Assembly: GCA_013239625.1 (NCBI GenBank)
Contig: MU054391.1
Span: forward strand, 8,155,095 to 8,219,094
Direction of reading: 5' to 3'
Length of the DNA stretch: 64,000 nucleotides
Source of the DNA: Lama guanicoe
Lineage: Eukaryota
Below, piece after piece: positions 1 through 12,299 of the stretch (its first letter is position 1; every line of letters starts with the position of its first letter). Both the position numbers and the translations under genes were made by a program. The notes under the pieces are model-generated. The model made no database searches. It saw only the letters and a list, made by a program, of their open reading frames with translations, and was not told the DNA's origin.

Positions 1-388
1 AGCTGGAGAACCAGGAAAGCTCGTGGTGAAATTCAGTCCGAGTCTATGGGCCTGAGAACTCGTGGAGCTGATAGTGTAAGTCTCAGCCTGAATCAGAAGG
101 CTGGAGAACCAGGAGCACCTGTGTCCACAGGCTGGAGGAGGCAGATGTCTCAGCTCAAGCAGAGAGAGAGCATTTGTCCTTCCTCCACCTCTCAGTTCTA
201 TTCAGCTCCTCAGCAGACTGGATGAAGCTCACCCACTTTGAGGAGGGCCCTCGGCTTTACTCAGTTCACCAATTCAAACGCTCATCTCTCCTGGAAACAC
301 CTCACAGACACACTCAGGAATAATGTGCTACCAGCTATCTGGGCATCACTTAGCCCAGCCAGGCTGACACGTAAAGTTAACCATCACC
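1..388 (-). mobile_element. MLT2 (ERVL) LTR, partial at window edge
   Basis: Ends in ggaaacacctcacagacacactcaggaataatg...gacacgtaaagttaaccatcac, the reverse complement of the MLT2 start TGTGATGGTTAA. Colinear with the copy at 7177-7708. Confidence 0.85.
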
Positions 389-856
389 CAAGGGAAACGG
401 GCTGCCTAAAGTTCCAGAGCCCTAGGGACTGAGTCAAGTGACCAGCCACTAAGGCATGTGCTCAAAAGTTCAGCAGTCAGATGCCCCTTCCCCGCCCAAG
501 TCCTTTCCTGTCTGCATTTAATACTTTCCTCCTATTCAAAGTAAAAATAGCTTTTTGTAAAAAATTTACCTGTATCTTTCTGCCTTTTGATATAACAATA
601 AGATGGAGAGAAAATCAAACTTAGAAGAAAAAGTGATTAAAAAGTTGCTTATTGGGAAGAAGTATTTGCTTTATTGGAAAAAAAGTTCTTACTGGAATTT
701 AAAGCAGCTGGTCTGTGGTCTCCCTTTAAGGGGGTCATTTCTGGGAAGTAAAGTAGGTTACTTAGTCTAATTTCATTGTAAATATGATAACTGACCTTCT
801 GAACAAGTTGAACTTGGGCCCATGTGAAAAAGCTAGATGAGTATCTCCAGTCTTAA

Positions 857-1010
857 TTCTTCTTCTTCTTCTTTTTTTTTTTTTTTTGGTTTTGGGAGGC
901 GATAATGAAGTTTACTTATTTATTTATTTTTAGAGGAGGAACTGAGGATTGAACCCAGGACCTTGTGAATGCAAAACCTGCACTCTACCACTTGAACTAC
1001 ACCCTCCCTC
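857..1010 (-). mobile_element. tRNA-Ala-derived camelid-type SINE (Vic-1-like)
   Basis: T-rich tail on the left, reverse-complement B box ggattgaaccc and A box ctaccacttgaacta. Flanked by an 11-bp TSD tccagtcttaa (846-856 and 1013-1023). Confidence 0.85.
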
Positions 1011-1044
1011 CTTCCAGTCTTAAGTTTATTTATAAGTCTAAACG

Positions 1045-1470
1045 CAGGGATGCTCAGGAAGAAAACTGGGCTAGAAATGGCCATTTGGGGTCATAGTACA
1101 TACATGGCACGTGAAACAAGGTGACTGGGTATAGCTGACCTATGGGAGGAGTGAGTGCTGTGAACAGAGACTTGTGGGAGGGAGGAGCAGAGAAAGAGAT
1201 GTTCGTAAAGATCAGAGAAGTAGGAGGAAAGTCGGTCTGGATGTCGGCACTAAAGAAACTTTCAGTGAAGAAGGGCTCAGTGGTGACAAATGTAATTTAC
1301 AGACTTCAAAAAGACTGAAAAAGATCCCATGTGGTTTATCAACTAATGGGTTAACAGTGATTTTGCCAAGACAATCTCAGTTGAGTTGGGGTCTGAACTT
1401 CTGAATACCATAGCTTTAGGAGGAAGTTAGAAGTCAGAATGCAGAAGTTGCAGTCAATTTGGGAGAATCT
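1045..1470 (-). mobile_element. L2 LINE remnant
   Basis: Purine-rich decayed match to antisense L2 (ctgggctagaaatggccatttggggtcat...gtggtttatcaactaatgggttaacagtgattttg). Confidence 0.6.
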
Positions 1471-3189
1471 GAGTCGAGGAGCCAGTTAAGAGCATGGAGT
1501 TGAAGTGACAGGAGGCAGATGAAGTTGCAGCATGACTGATGATAACCAAAAACTGCCCGGCATTTGTCTTCAACCAGCCAACACACCTGTGACCCACCCC
1601 CCGTGTGAGCTGGGCTAGAACTGTGACAGACACGGGACAAGGAAGTGGCTGTTCTTTCCATTGGCCCTGATGTTTCCATCTGGTGATTTCTGAGGATTTC
1701 CCCCTGCTTTCTGTGTTCTTCACTGAGAGTGAAATCTCCCCATTAAAAAAGAAGAAAGAAGGAAGAAGGAAGAAGGAGAAGTATTAAGTAATTAAGGGGA
1801 AGCAGAAATTTTGCAAATTCATGACCTACAATCCTTTTTCTAACCTTCAAACTTTTCCCATTATGTTTACTCTATTCCTATGCCAAGAAAATAGATCTAA
1901 AGCCATGGCTACCAGTAGCCTGAGGCAGAAAAATAAATATTATTCCTTTGGGTCACACATTTTTTTCAGTTTTATTACCAGTTTTATTCATTCACCAGCT
2001 TCTTGCTTTTAGAGCAACATCCATTTCATTCAGATCCTTGTCCTATTTGTGTTATTTTATAACGTTATTAGGAGATGCAGCTTTAAGTGTTCATTAAATA
2101 TTTAAAAACACAAAGACTGGTGTAATTTAATTGAAAAATGTTGGTATTTCTCTATAATATTAGTGAACTCCTTTTAATAATTTGTCCTCTAGAATTGCCT
2201 TGGGGAGGTATTAAAAAAAAAAAAAAGAAAGCATTCCTATTTTCCTTGCAATGTTATAATTTAAAATCAGCCCAGTCGTTGTGTGATCAAATGTGTAATA
2301 CTTTGTCACTACCAGCAGGAAAGAAAATTAAAGGAACCAATTTATTACAAAGAACAAAAATGAGAAGTCTCCTCCCTTCACAGAAATCAAGTCCTAGGGT
2401 TGTTTTACCATCATTTCCATATTTCTGCCTCAATGACAGGAACATGTTTTCAGGGAGGAACTCATCTATTCACAACACTTGCAATGAGAATTGGATCATC
2501 AGAATCAGGTGCTATATTCCCCAATTCACTGTTCTGTGCTTTCTTGTGTATAACTCTCACTACAATCTTCAACTCGGCTGAATGGTTGGATGGTCCTTCT
2601 CTCCTTCTTTGTCAGCGGGTCACTGTCTTCCTTGGGAAGAACTGAATTTGCATCTCCTCATGTTTTAGTGCTCAGAGAAGGTCAGGGGATGAGAGAATAT
2701 TGCTCCATCTCATTAATTTATGGACAAGATTCTCCATACAAAAATTAAGTCTGATGTTAAGCCCTTAAATAGATAACTTCAGTTAACCTCTCTATGTTAT
2801 CAAGAATTAACTGTTAATAGATGGTAGAAAATAAGGATTTGGCCTGCCTGTCTGGCTCCGGCCGTAATTAATTGCTTGCTTACACCAATATATATTCAGT
2901 GCTTGAGATAATTGGAAAGATACAGAGGCCTTCTCTCTGGTCTCTCTCCATAAATATCCCTCCACTGATGCTGAAAGGAATATAGAAATGTGTCTGTTTC
3001 TCTTAGCCCCAATCTAAATGAAGAGAAATATGTTCACGAACACAGTTTGAAGGACAGGTGAGTTAGAGTCCGATTCAACCTTAAAAAAATATTTCTCTCC
3101 ACAAGCAGATCTTTCCTGAATGTACCAGAAGCTTATTTATAGACTTTGGTGTCAAAGATAATCTTTATTGTTTTTTAAAGTGCAGTGAG

Positions 3190-3720
3190 TCTCCAGTTTA
3201 ATAATGTCAATTCTTGTAAGGCTAAACTATTGTTTAAATAAAATTCTAATCAAAATCTCAGCAAGGTTTTTTCACAGACTGGGTCTACAGATTCTAAAAT
3301 ACATATGGATGTGTAAGCACTCAAGATGAATCGAAGTTGTTGGAAGGAAAACAATGAGGGGGGACTTTCTCTATTATGAAGAATCTGTAGGAGGCAATCA
3401 CAATTAAATTAGCACAACAGAGAGTGGACATAGACAGAGTCCAGTGCAGCACAGTAAAGAACCCGGAAACAGACCCAATGATATATAGTAATTTCACATA
3501 TGATGGATAGTATGTCAGATATGGAATCAAAAGCCAGCGGGTTGAGCACTGAATCCTTAATAAATGGTTATGCCACTTGGCTTTGAAAATGAAAATAATG
3601 TAAAACTAGATCTCAACCGTAGGTCAGATCCTAAAATATATAAGATCTTTTATTGCACTTAGTGAAAAAGAAAATAAAAAGACAAATCCAGATTCAGAAG
3701 GGACTTCGATCACCACACTA
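3190..3720 (+). mobile_element. Old L1 (L1M) ORF2 3' remnant
   Basis: Motifs aatgtcaattctt...attctaatcaaaatctcagcaagg...attctaaaatacatatgg and aacccggaaacagaccca. Many stop codons. Confidence 0.75.
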
Positions 3721-4019
3721 AAAGGCCAAATGTCACTACTCGGTCCAGTCTGTTTATAACCCTGGAATGGGGTGACTTTCTGCTGAGCACAGAACTGCCT
3801 GATCCAATGCTCCCTCCAGCCGAGAGCTGACACAGCAGATGAGCGTCCAGAACAGCTGGGCACTTGTGCTCACGGGAGGAGAACCTGGGAGGATGCGAAA
3901 TCAGTTTTTAACTACATTTTCCTCCTTTCAATATCAATGAAAACAAAACCCTTCTGAGTTCTCAGGAGAACGCGCTGAGTTCTGAAATCATATAATCAGC
4001 ACCGCCTGGTGGTCATCAT

Positions 4020-5060
4020 TTTCTACGATGTTAATAGCCATCGATGGCTGTTGTCTTGATCCATTGTTTGAGTACGGGTTGTAAAATGTTGTTTTAATTT
4101 TATCATTATTTCTTCATATATTACTTGTAATACTTAAAAAAAAAACTACTGTATTTGGTTATCCTGAGGTACAGTTTGACCAAGAAAAACAGAACAGATG
4201 TTTGATCTTCACAATAAAGCCTCGATTTCCTAACCTCTTGCTAAAGTGGACAATAAATTTTCCCTTTTATTTTGCTTTACAGAAATGATGAATTTACTGA
4301 CTCAAGTACCTTTGGTATGTGTTTTAATGTGGGTTTCCCAGACATCCCACCCTAAGGTAATGGCTGATTTGCAAACTGAAGAAGAACTCCATTCTCAGAA
4401 AAGCAACGGCAGATTATAGACACTTTTCTCACCTTGCTCTCATCATAAAAGTTGACCTGAATATCCCTCATGTCACATCTCCTCAGTACTCCATTGTGGA
4501 CCACATTTTTTTTTCCCTACTGCCTCAGGAGACATTTAGGTTTAACCTATAGTCTTTTGCTATTACAAATACTGCTCCAATAAGTAGATTTCTACATACA
4601 GTTTTCCATATTTTTGGCTGTGTGTCTTGGTAATAGATTTCTGTTAGCGAAGCTGCTGGGTCAAAGAAGAATGGCATATCTAATGTTGCGGGGCTCCTGC
4701 CAAATTCTCCTGCATAGGGCTCCGATCTTTGGCATCGCTACCAGCAATATATGAGAGAAATCTGTTTCTCCACAGCTTTGCCAACAGAATATGACTAAAA
4801 TTTTTACCAAGAGACAAAAGACGTTAAGGCATTTTACCAAGAGACAAAAGACGTTAAGGTATTTCATGTACGTTTAACTTGCATTACTCTTGAAGAATCT
4901 TTTCATGTGTTTCAGTGCCATTTAATTTTTCTTTCTTTTTTTATTTCTTTCTTAATGTGAACTAGCTCTTCCCATTTCTTGCACGTTTTCCTGTCAGTTT
5001 GTTGAGCTTTTCCTTCTTCCTGTAGGCATTTTCTCTATTAGGATTATTAATATTTTATTT
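4020..5060 (-). mobile_element. Old L1 (L1MC/L1ME-type) 3' UTR remnants
   Basis: Typical antisense L1M 3' motifs: tttggttatcctgaggtacagtt, ttttgctattacaaatactgct, gctgggtcaaag, ccagcaatatatgagag. Confidence 0.7.
4802..4864. repeat. 30-bp tandem duplication (2 copies)
   Basis: ttttaccaagagacaaaagacgttaagg occurs at 4802-4829 and 4832-4859. Confidence 0.95.
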
Positions 5061-5079
5061 TTATAGGGGTTGTAAAGTA

Positions 5080-5760
5080 TTACAGTTGGAAAATCTGATG
5101 TCGATCTGATTTTTGCTCCCTTAAAGATGGCTTTTTTTTTTTTGGAGGACATGGGATGTCCTTAAATTATTTTTACTGTTACATTTTTAAGATCTAGTAA
5201 TGTTATTTGAAAATGCTGTTGCATATTTTTTAATATTTAAGTTCGAAGATTCTTTTTTTCAGGAAAGTTTTATCAAATTATGGCTTATAATATGTTTTGG
5301 CTTTCATTGTTTTGGAATCCTTCTTCATAACTCCCATTTTATGTGTTTGACTTTCTTTTTTAGTTCCTAAATCTGTCATATCTCTCATATCATTTTAATC
5401 TTTATCTTCATTTAAACATTATTTAAAAATTATCTTTTCCATATTCATTTTGCTTGCAGCATTACTTTTAGTAATCATTTGCTCTTCTGTTCCTTGTGGT
5501 GTAATCTTCAATTTTGAACTTACATATTTCTCCTTGTTTCCTTAGTTCTAACAACTTTTTTTAGTTTTTTATTTTGTCTAACCTTAATTTTGAAATTTAT
5601 AATTCTGATTTATGTTGTGCTTTTATGATGTCTATCACTACCTTAAATGGTCTTAGCTGGTTTTTAAATAGCGGGTTAAAGGTTTTGTTTTGTTTTTTCA
5701 TCTTTTTAGAAGATGGCATGTGTTTTTACAGAGGAGATTGGGGAATTCCTATATTATGCT
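5080..5760 (-). mobile_element. HAL1/L1 ORF1-like remnant
   Basis: T-rich antisense ORF1-like motifs (gaaaatctgatgtcgatctgatttttgctccc; ttcaggaaagttttatcaaattat). Confidence 0.55.
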
Positions 5761-5889
5761 ATCACTGCTGCCAAGTTGTTCAGAGCCCAACCCTGCATTT
5801 CTTTTCTGTCTGTGATATATCAGGTTTTCTATTGGACATAGAGGTGGAGGTTAGCCGAACAAAACATGAAGGTTTTAGGTAGTGCTGAT

Positions 5890-6075
5890 GTATGAGACTG
5901 GAGACACAAACAAAAGCCTGAACATGACAATCACTGTATATTCTACTAAGGAAACAGGAATTTATCTTGGTTGCAAAAGACAGTCATTACGTAGTTTTAT
6001 TCAGGATGTGACTTGATCATTTACAATTTAGGAAGAACACACTGGGAGCCATATGGAAAACAGACTGGAGAGAAA
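5890..6075 (-). mobile_element. L2 remnant
   Basis: ctaaggaaacaggaatttatctt...gtgacttgatcatttacaatttaggaagaacacactggg resembles antisense L2. Confidence 0.55.
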
Positions 6076-7176
6076 CACGTCTCAAGACCGGCCTCTGAGA
6101 TTTCCAAGTGCTACTCTAGGACTTCTTCATTGGTCTCCCACTCCCAAGATAACGTTACTTGGGAAAAAAATTGTTTTCAAGTATTGTTTCACAAAATCAA
6201 ATAAAGTGAAAATTTCAAATGTTGATAGAAGAGTATTAAAGGCCAATGATCTAATTAGGTAATTATGCAACATACACCTATAGAAAGAGAGTCTTCAAAA
6301 CTATCATGAACAATAACGCCGTTGTGGCAAAGATTGAGGAAAGAGCGTCAATTTCTTAGTCAGCTTTTAGATAACACTATTTTCCTCCTCAGTCTGGAAA
6401 AATATCCTTTTCTCTAACTTCAGTGAAAAGCCCTGAACCCTTTTCTTTTGCTGAAAATCAGAGATAGTCAAGAGATGAAAAAGGAAAAGTAAAGATCCTC
6501 ATGCCTCTATTTGGATTAATGCAAAACCACAGGTTTTTGCCGAATGTTTGTCATGTAAGACACTCTACCCATAATATGACCATTTGTATTTCTCACCAAA
6601 TGTGCAAGCCAGGAAACATATGTGAGTTTCAACAGATGTCTAAAAAGATTTTTTTTTCAGACAAAATAGTTTAACTATAATATGCATCATAGTAAATTAC
6701 TCTTCTTCAATATCAACAGCATATATTGTGTTGAATTATGTTATTGATGTCACTCTCAATTCTGTAGTGAATGGTATAGTTAGAGTACAAGGTATACACT
6801 CTTTTGAGGGTATTGTGTAATCAGGGTCATTGAGAAAGAAATAGTCCTTCTGAGGCATAAATAAAAGTAAGCATGGTAATTCTAGAGGAGGTCATGAAAC
6901 AGAGTTCAGGCTACATACCAAAAGCTCTCCATGGATTAGAAAGCTGACTCTGTTTCAAGAAATAATTATAGTTAATGTAAAAGCCAATTGTCAGTAAACA
7001 TTTCATATTGTCTATTCATCATACCAAGCCCTGGGTATATATATATATATTTTTTGTTTTATCTTCTGAAAAATTCTGGAGTATAAGTTCTATATTTATT
7101 CCCATATTATGGTGAAGAAATTGAGAACTAAAACCTCAGTTCAGTTGCTCCAAATCTTATACAACTAGAATATGAC

Positions 7177-7708
7177 TGTATTATACAGGGTTCTTGAGAG
7201 GAACAGAACCAGTAGGATAGTGAGATGGATGGATGGATGGGTGAATAGATAGACAGATGGATAGATGAGAGGAGACTTATTATAGGAATTGGCTCATGCA
7301 GTTATGGAGGCTGAGAAGGACCACAGTCTTCTGTCTGCAAGCTGGGGAGCTAGAACTGGTGACACAGTCCGAGTCTGAAGGTCTGAGAAGGAGTTTGGAG
7401 AGGTGGGGGTGCTGATGTAGGTCTTAGGGGATAAAGGCCCAGACGCAGACCCACAAAGTCCAGGGGAGGAGAAGACAGATGTCCCGGCTCGAGAAGAGAG
7501 AATTAGGAGGTGTCCTCCCTCTGTGTTTTTATTCTGTTCAGGCCGTCAGAGGATTGAGCGATGCCCACCAACATCGATGAGGACAGAACTCTGCTCACTC
7601 CACTGATCCAAATGCTTGTCTCTGACAGAAACACCCAGACTTGATGTTATGCCAGTTGTCTGGGCACCCTCAGCGCAGTCAAGCTGGCACATGAAACTTT
7701 CCACTACA
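7177..7708 (-). mobile_element. MLT2 (ERVL) solo LTR, near full length
   Basis: Starts tgtattatacagggttcttgagaggaacagaaccagtaggatag, carries an internal GATG/GATA simple repeat, contains ggaattggctcatgcagttatggaggctgagaag and ends ...ccactaca. Confidence 0.85.
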
Positions 7709-8019
7709 AAAACTCAGCTGGTGTCTGAGCATGGATTCTTGTGCTCTGTGTCTGTCAGTGCTATGCTTATTCGTTCGACAAATACCTACTTAATGCCTTC
7801 TATGGTCTGAGTTAAACCCTGTTCTCGTAGAACTTAACACCTCTGCGGGGGGAAACTGGACCCCCCCGATTCGTCACCGAGTCTTCTCTCTCACATTGAG
7901 GGGAGAGTTCATAAACAGGTCTGTGTTTAGACTCTTCTGCTCCTGCGTTCATCTTCTCCAGCCTGTCCCAACATCACACTACCTTTACGATTATCTTCAA
8001 AGGTTTAAAATTTTTAAGG

Positions 8020-8245
8020 ACCTTGGAGTTTGGAAATATTAATCCCCACCCCCCACTCTGCTTTCATTTTTAGATTAACTTGACAATCACTGACTCTTTG
8101 CATTTCCAAATAAATTTCAGAATCAGTCTGTCAGTTTCTACACATACATAAATTCTAGATTTTGGAATTGCATTGGATCTACGTATACATTTTCAAAGCA
8201 TTAATATTTTATAACACTGTGAGTCTTCCACTCGATGAAATGTAT
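8020..8245 (-). mobile_element. L1 ORF2 fragment (antisense)
   Basis: ctttgcatttccaaataaatttcagaatcagtctgtcagtttctac...ggaattgcattggatctac. Confidence 0.75.
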
Positions 8246-8249
8246 CAAA

Positions 8250-9460
8250 ATGGTACCAGAAAAAAATCCATTGTTTGATTTTTAAAATTCTACTTCATAC
8301 TAGAAAGTCTTCCAAAGAAATAATCTCCAGGTCTAAATGGCTCGTCTCATGTATCCTTGCAAACATTTAATAAAGTATAATGTAACTCTTAAAATCTTTC
8401 AAACAATAAAATAGAAGTAACATTTTCTAAGTCGTGAGACTTGATATCAAAGTCTGAAAAAAAATTCAATAAAAAAGAGACTATTTTCTCTCATAAGCAT
8501 AGATGCAAAAATTCTAAATGACACAATACAAATCACATCTAATAATTTACCAAGAGAGTAATACATCAAGGCAAAGTACAGGTTATTCCAGGAAAACAAG
8601 CTGGTTAACATTTCATAAAATAAATTGATGTAATTCAGAAATGTAATTCTATAATAAATAAAAAAGAGAAAATTCATTTGATGATTTCAATAAATGTAGA
8701 AAAAGAAATTGCTAATGTGTAATACTGATTATGGTTAATCTTTCTCCACATTAACAGTAAAGGAAATCTCCTTCATCTTATAATGTTTTCTATTCACAAA
8801 AGTAAATATCACATTTAGTCATGAAATATTAAAAGCATTTTTTGTGGGGAGGGTATAGTTCAGTGTTAGTGTGTGCTTAGCATGCACGGGGTCCTGGCTT
8901 CAATCCCTGGTACCTCCATTAAAAATAAATGAGTAAATAAACCTAGTCCCCCCCCTCCAAAATTAAATAATAAAATAAAACAAACAAACAAACAAAAGAA
9001 GCGTTTCCCCTGCTGTGGTTCATATGTGAGGTAAGATAGGAAAGGAACAAATAAACATTTTTTTCAGATAGTATACCTAGAAAATCCAAAGGAATCTACA
9101 AACAGTCATACTTAATATGTGACTATACATGATTGCTGGACACAAGGTTGAAATAGCAAAAGCATTTGTGCTTCTATATGCCAGCAACAAGAAAAGAGAC
9201 AATGATAATTTAAACTTTATATCATATTAAATATTATTTTTAAATGTCAAAGAGCTAGGAATAAATCTAACCAAAGATTTGCAAAACTTTAATATTTTTT
9301 ATGAATTTTGTGCACTTATATCCTTACCAATACCATAAAGCATAAGAAAAATTAAAGAAAACATAAATACATGGAAGTTAATACAGGTGGATTAAAAGAC
9401 TGGACATGTATAAGATGTCACTTGTATCCAAATTGATCTGTAGATTCAACGCAATCTCAT
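8250..9460 (+). mobile_element. L1 ORF2 reverse-transcriptase region remnant, interrupted by a SINE
   Basis: ctccaggtctaaatggc (PGPDG-like), catagatgcaaaaattct (IDAKIL), tacctagaaaatccaaaggaatctaca, gatctgtagattcaacgcaatc (YRFNAI-like). Frameshifted. Confidence 0.85.
8846..8997 (+). mobile_element. tRNA-Ala-derived camelid-type SINE (Vic-1-like)
   Basis: ggggagggtatagttcagtgttag...gcttagcatgcacggggtcctggcttcaatccctggtacctcca resembles tRNA-Ala(AGC). Followed by an A-rich body and (CAAA)n tail. Degenerate TSD aaagcattt/gaagcgttt. Confidence 0.9.
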
Positions 9461-10569
9461 ACTCCATCCTCAGGTTTACTCTTTACCACGGATATCACCT
9501 ACTGCGAAAACTGAGCCCTCGTTTTCCCGCATTGTACGGAAGAGCTGAGATACTTCTTTTCTATAAAGGGTTTCAGAAGACCAAATACGGGGAAGAAAAA
9601 ATGATTTTCCCAGCCTGTATATCTGCTTGATTCAGTTAAGTTACCTTATCCTCAGTAACTTTAGGTAATAATTAAAAGTGTTGGTAGAAGGTAATCTGGA
9701 ACCATCTTCAATATAATTGTTTTTTTGTTTCAGCAGATGTTTGAAAGATGACTAAATGCCACCTCTTAAAGGCAGCCACATTTCCAACCAGCCTGCTTGA
9801 TAGTGGTGGCCTCAAATCACCTTACCTGACAGTGCTAGCTTTAGTATATTCAACATAATAAACCACCCAACACCAAAATGAAAACAAACACTAGGAAAGA
9901 AAAGGAGTTTTATGGTGTGATATGCTTTCAGTGAGAAGTGGGGGAGGAGTTTCTGTGAAGCATATTCTAAGTATTAACTTGTTTCTTCCTTACTCTGACC
10001 CCGGAGAGAGGAATTAGTTATTGTTTTTAAATTAATACATTTGTGAAGTCAAAGATACCCAAGTCCACACTTGGAGTTGCGAGTAGAATTCAAGTTTAAT
10101 GAAGGACAATAGGCTATTTGTCTTTTTATATAAAACAGCATAAGCAACAGACATGGGGTCGTCAATAGTGACACATGATTCTGCTCGTGGGAGGCGCTGC
10201 CCAGCTATTTCTGAGTACAGCTCTCCTCCTTCATTCCTGAAGGAGACAGTAGCATGCATGCAAAACCAAATAATGTAACACCGTAATTTTTGGATAAATT
10301 AGACCCTTCGTTCTGCTGAGCTAAGGTGGATCACAAAGAAGATGCAAGGGCTCACTGTGTCCCTTCGGCCAAGGGCAACAGTAACAAGAGCAACTGAAAA
10401 TTACCTCCTTCTCCTTCTTTTTGGCTAATAATTAAACGACAGGAGTGTGAATCTGAAGAACCTGGAGAGCTGGCTAAAAAGATGCATGCCTTATCTCACC
10501 TTATCAGATTACAAGATGAGGCCAAGAATTTGACTTTTAATAAGCACATTGGGAAATAAGAGTTGTTAT

Positions 10570-10730
10570 ACTTAATAATAGCAGCCAGCGTTTGTTGAGC
10601 ATTCACTTTACATGCATCATCTTATCAAACTGTTAGAACCCCGCTAAACGGGTGTCACCATTGCAATCATCACTGCTGCTTTACAGATGAACCAGTCAGA
10701 GGTTCCATGGCCATGGAGCCAACTTAGTAA
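10570..10730 (-). mobile_element. MIR remnant
   Basis: aataatagcagccagcgtttgttgagcatt...tttacagatgaa. Confidence 0.55.
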
Positions 10731-12044
10731 CGGCTACCCTCTGTACATTCACTGAGCAACACCATCCCAGAGGTGAGAGATCACTCCAAGACGGTCTGGA
10801 ATGCGGGATACAGAAAAGCAAAGCAAGTGAAAATTCAAAGAGGCACACAGAAACGAGTGAGTGATAAAAAAATAAAAACCAGGTCGTCTCTCCTGCTTTT
10901 CTCGTCACTTAGCCACCTGGGGCTGACCCCATTTTACTGGTGCCTGAGTGTTGGATTTGATGTGCTTGAGCCTCACTTGAGTGGCTCAGTGTTTTCTTGT
11001 GCCAGTTATTACTGAAAGATAATTTTAAAGGATACTTTGTTCTAGATGATCTTAGTCAAATATTTTCTTCATTGCATGGGTAGATAAATATAAACCAAGA
11101 GAAACCAAGTGACTTTTGCTAGAATATACAATTATTTCCACACAATAGCGACAGAACTCTGGCTCCCTCACTCTGCATGGCGCTCCTACTTTTCTAGTCC
11201 TTGGAATCAGCCCACCTCTGGGTCCTTCTCTCACGCTTTCAGAAGTTTCAAAAATTCTAACCCAAACTTCATTCTATCTACAGAAAGAGGGTAGTACTAG
11301 AGCAAGCTTAGGTAAAATAAATAATTTAGCAGATATAAAGTTTCACATGCAAAAGCTGATACCTTTCTTAGGGTTTTAGAAATCACTTCAGTACTTCGAC
11401 TTTGCTGGTAAGAGAGAAACATTGACTTGGAACTGGTTTGGAAGACCCACATATTTTCAGTCTCTAAATATGTTTCTCATTTCAATTATTAGCATCAACA
11501 GCACTGTGGAGTTGTAAAAGTATTTTGCTCAGATGGTTTCTGAAAATTCTTTCCTTTAATGTTCAAATTAATGAAAGTCAAAACTGCAGTAAAACTGAAC
11601 ATTCACAAAGGACCCTTGAAAGAGTATAATTAGAGCTGACTTCAAAGAAAATCATAGGAATTTGCCTGACAAAATTCAATTCATAATCCCACAAACCAAA
11701 TTTATTCTATTTTTCACTTTGGACTCACCTAGAAAAATATGTAACAGAGTAATTTTCCTAAAAGGCACTGTTGATAATGAATTTGTTGATGTAAAGGAGG
11801 TTCAGTTTCCATATTTTTCCCCTTTACTGTGATAGTTCTTGCCATTCTTTAATTCATAGTAGACAAATTTTAAGTTACATCTCCTGGGCACAAATATTAG
11901 GCAGAGATTTAGACAATTATGAGTACTTCTTCTAAGCTAACATAATTCAAGACCATTTTTCCTTTGCCGTTCTTTATAAGATTTCTAATTGAACTCAGAG
12001 AAAGGAAAAGACAATTTCAGGACATTCTCTTTCTTTCCAGCCAT

Positions 12045-12105
12045 TGTGTGTGCATGCGTGTGTGGGACTGTGTGCGTGTGTGTATGGGAGTGTGTGTAAG
12101 TGTGG
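12045..12105. repeat. Degenerate (TG)n microsatellite
   Basis: tgtgtgtgcatgcgtgtgtgggactgtgtgcgtgtgtgtatgggagtgtgtgtaagtgtgg. Confidence 0.8.
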
Positions 12106-12299
12106 TATGTATCCTACCTTCTTTCTACTGCCATCAATACCAGATTTATAATTTACAAGTAAGAAATCTTATTAAGTTAGAGTAATCAGAGGAAACTATT
12201 AAATTTGAAACATGAACATTTATCATTCTCTGTGCATATGTGAAGGAGGGGGCAAAGATCATTTTTAAGCATTTGTTGTATGCCATGGATTATGTTTAT

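Noticed and set aside
2138..2581. 147-aa ORF
   Set aside because: It starts at a non-ATG or weak codon, runs through a poly-A tract (poly-Lys) and into an L2-like stretch, and has no recognisable domain or splice structure.
4283..4314. 32-nt exon-like segment in frame with 3007-3057 (RNDEFTDSSTF)
   Set aside because: It lies inside an antisense L1MC-type 3' UTR remnant, whose T-rich strand routinely mimics acceptors.
4802..4864. CRISPR-like 28-bp direct repeats
   Set aside because: Only two adjacent copies with no spacers, in mammalian DNA. It is a plain tandem duplication.
8846..8918. tRNA-Ala(AGC) gene
   Set aside because: The A and B boxes and stems are mutated, and it is followed by a SINE body, A-rich tail and TSD. 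It is a SINE head.
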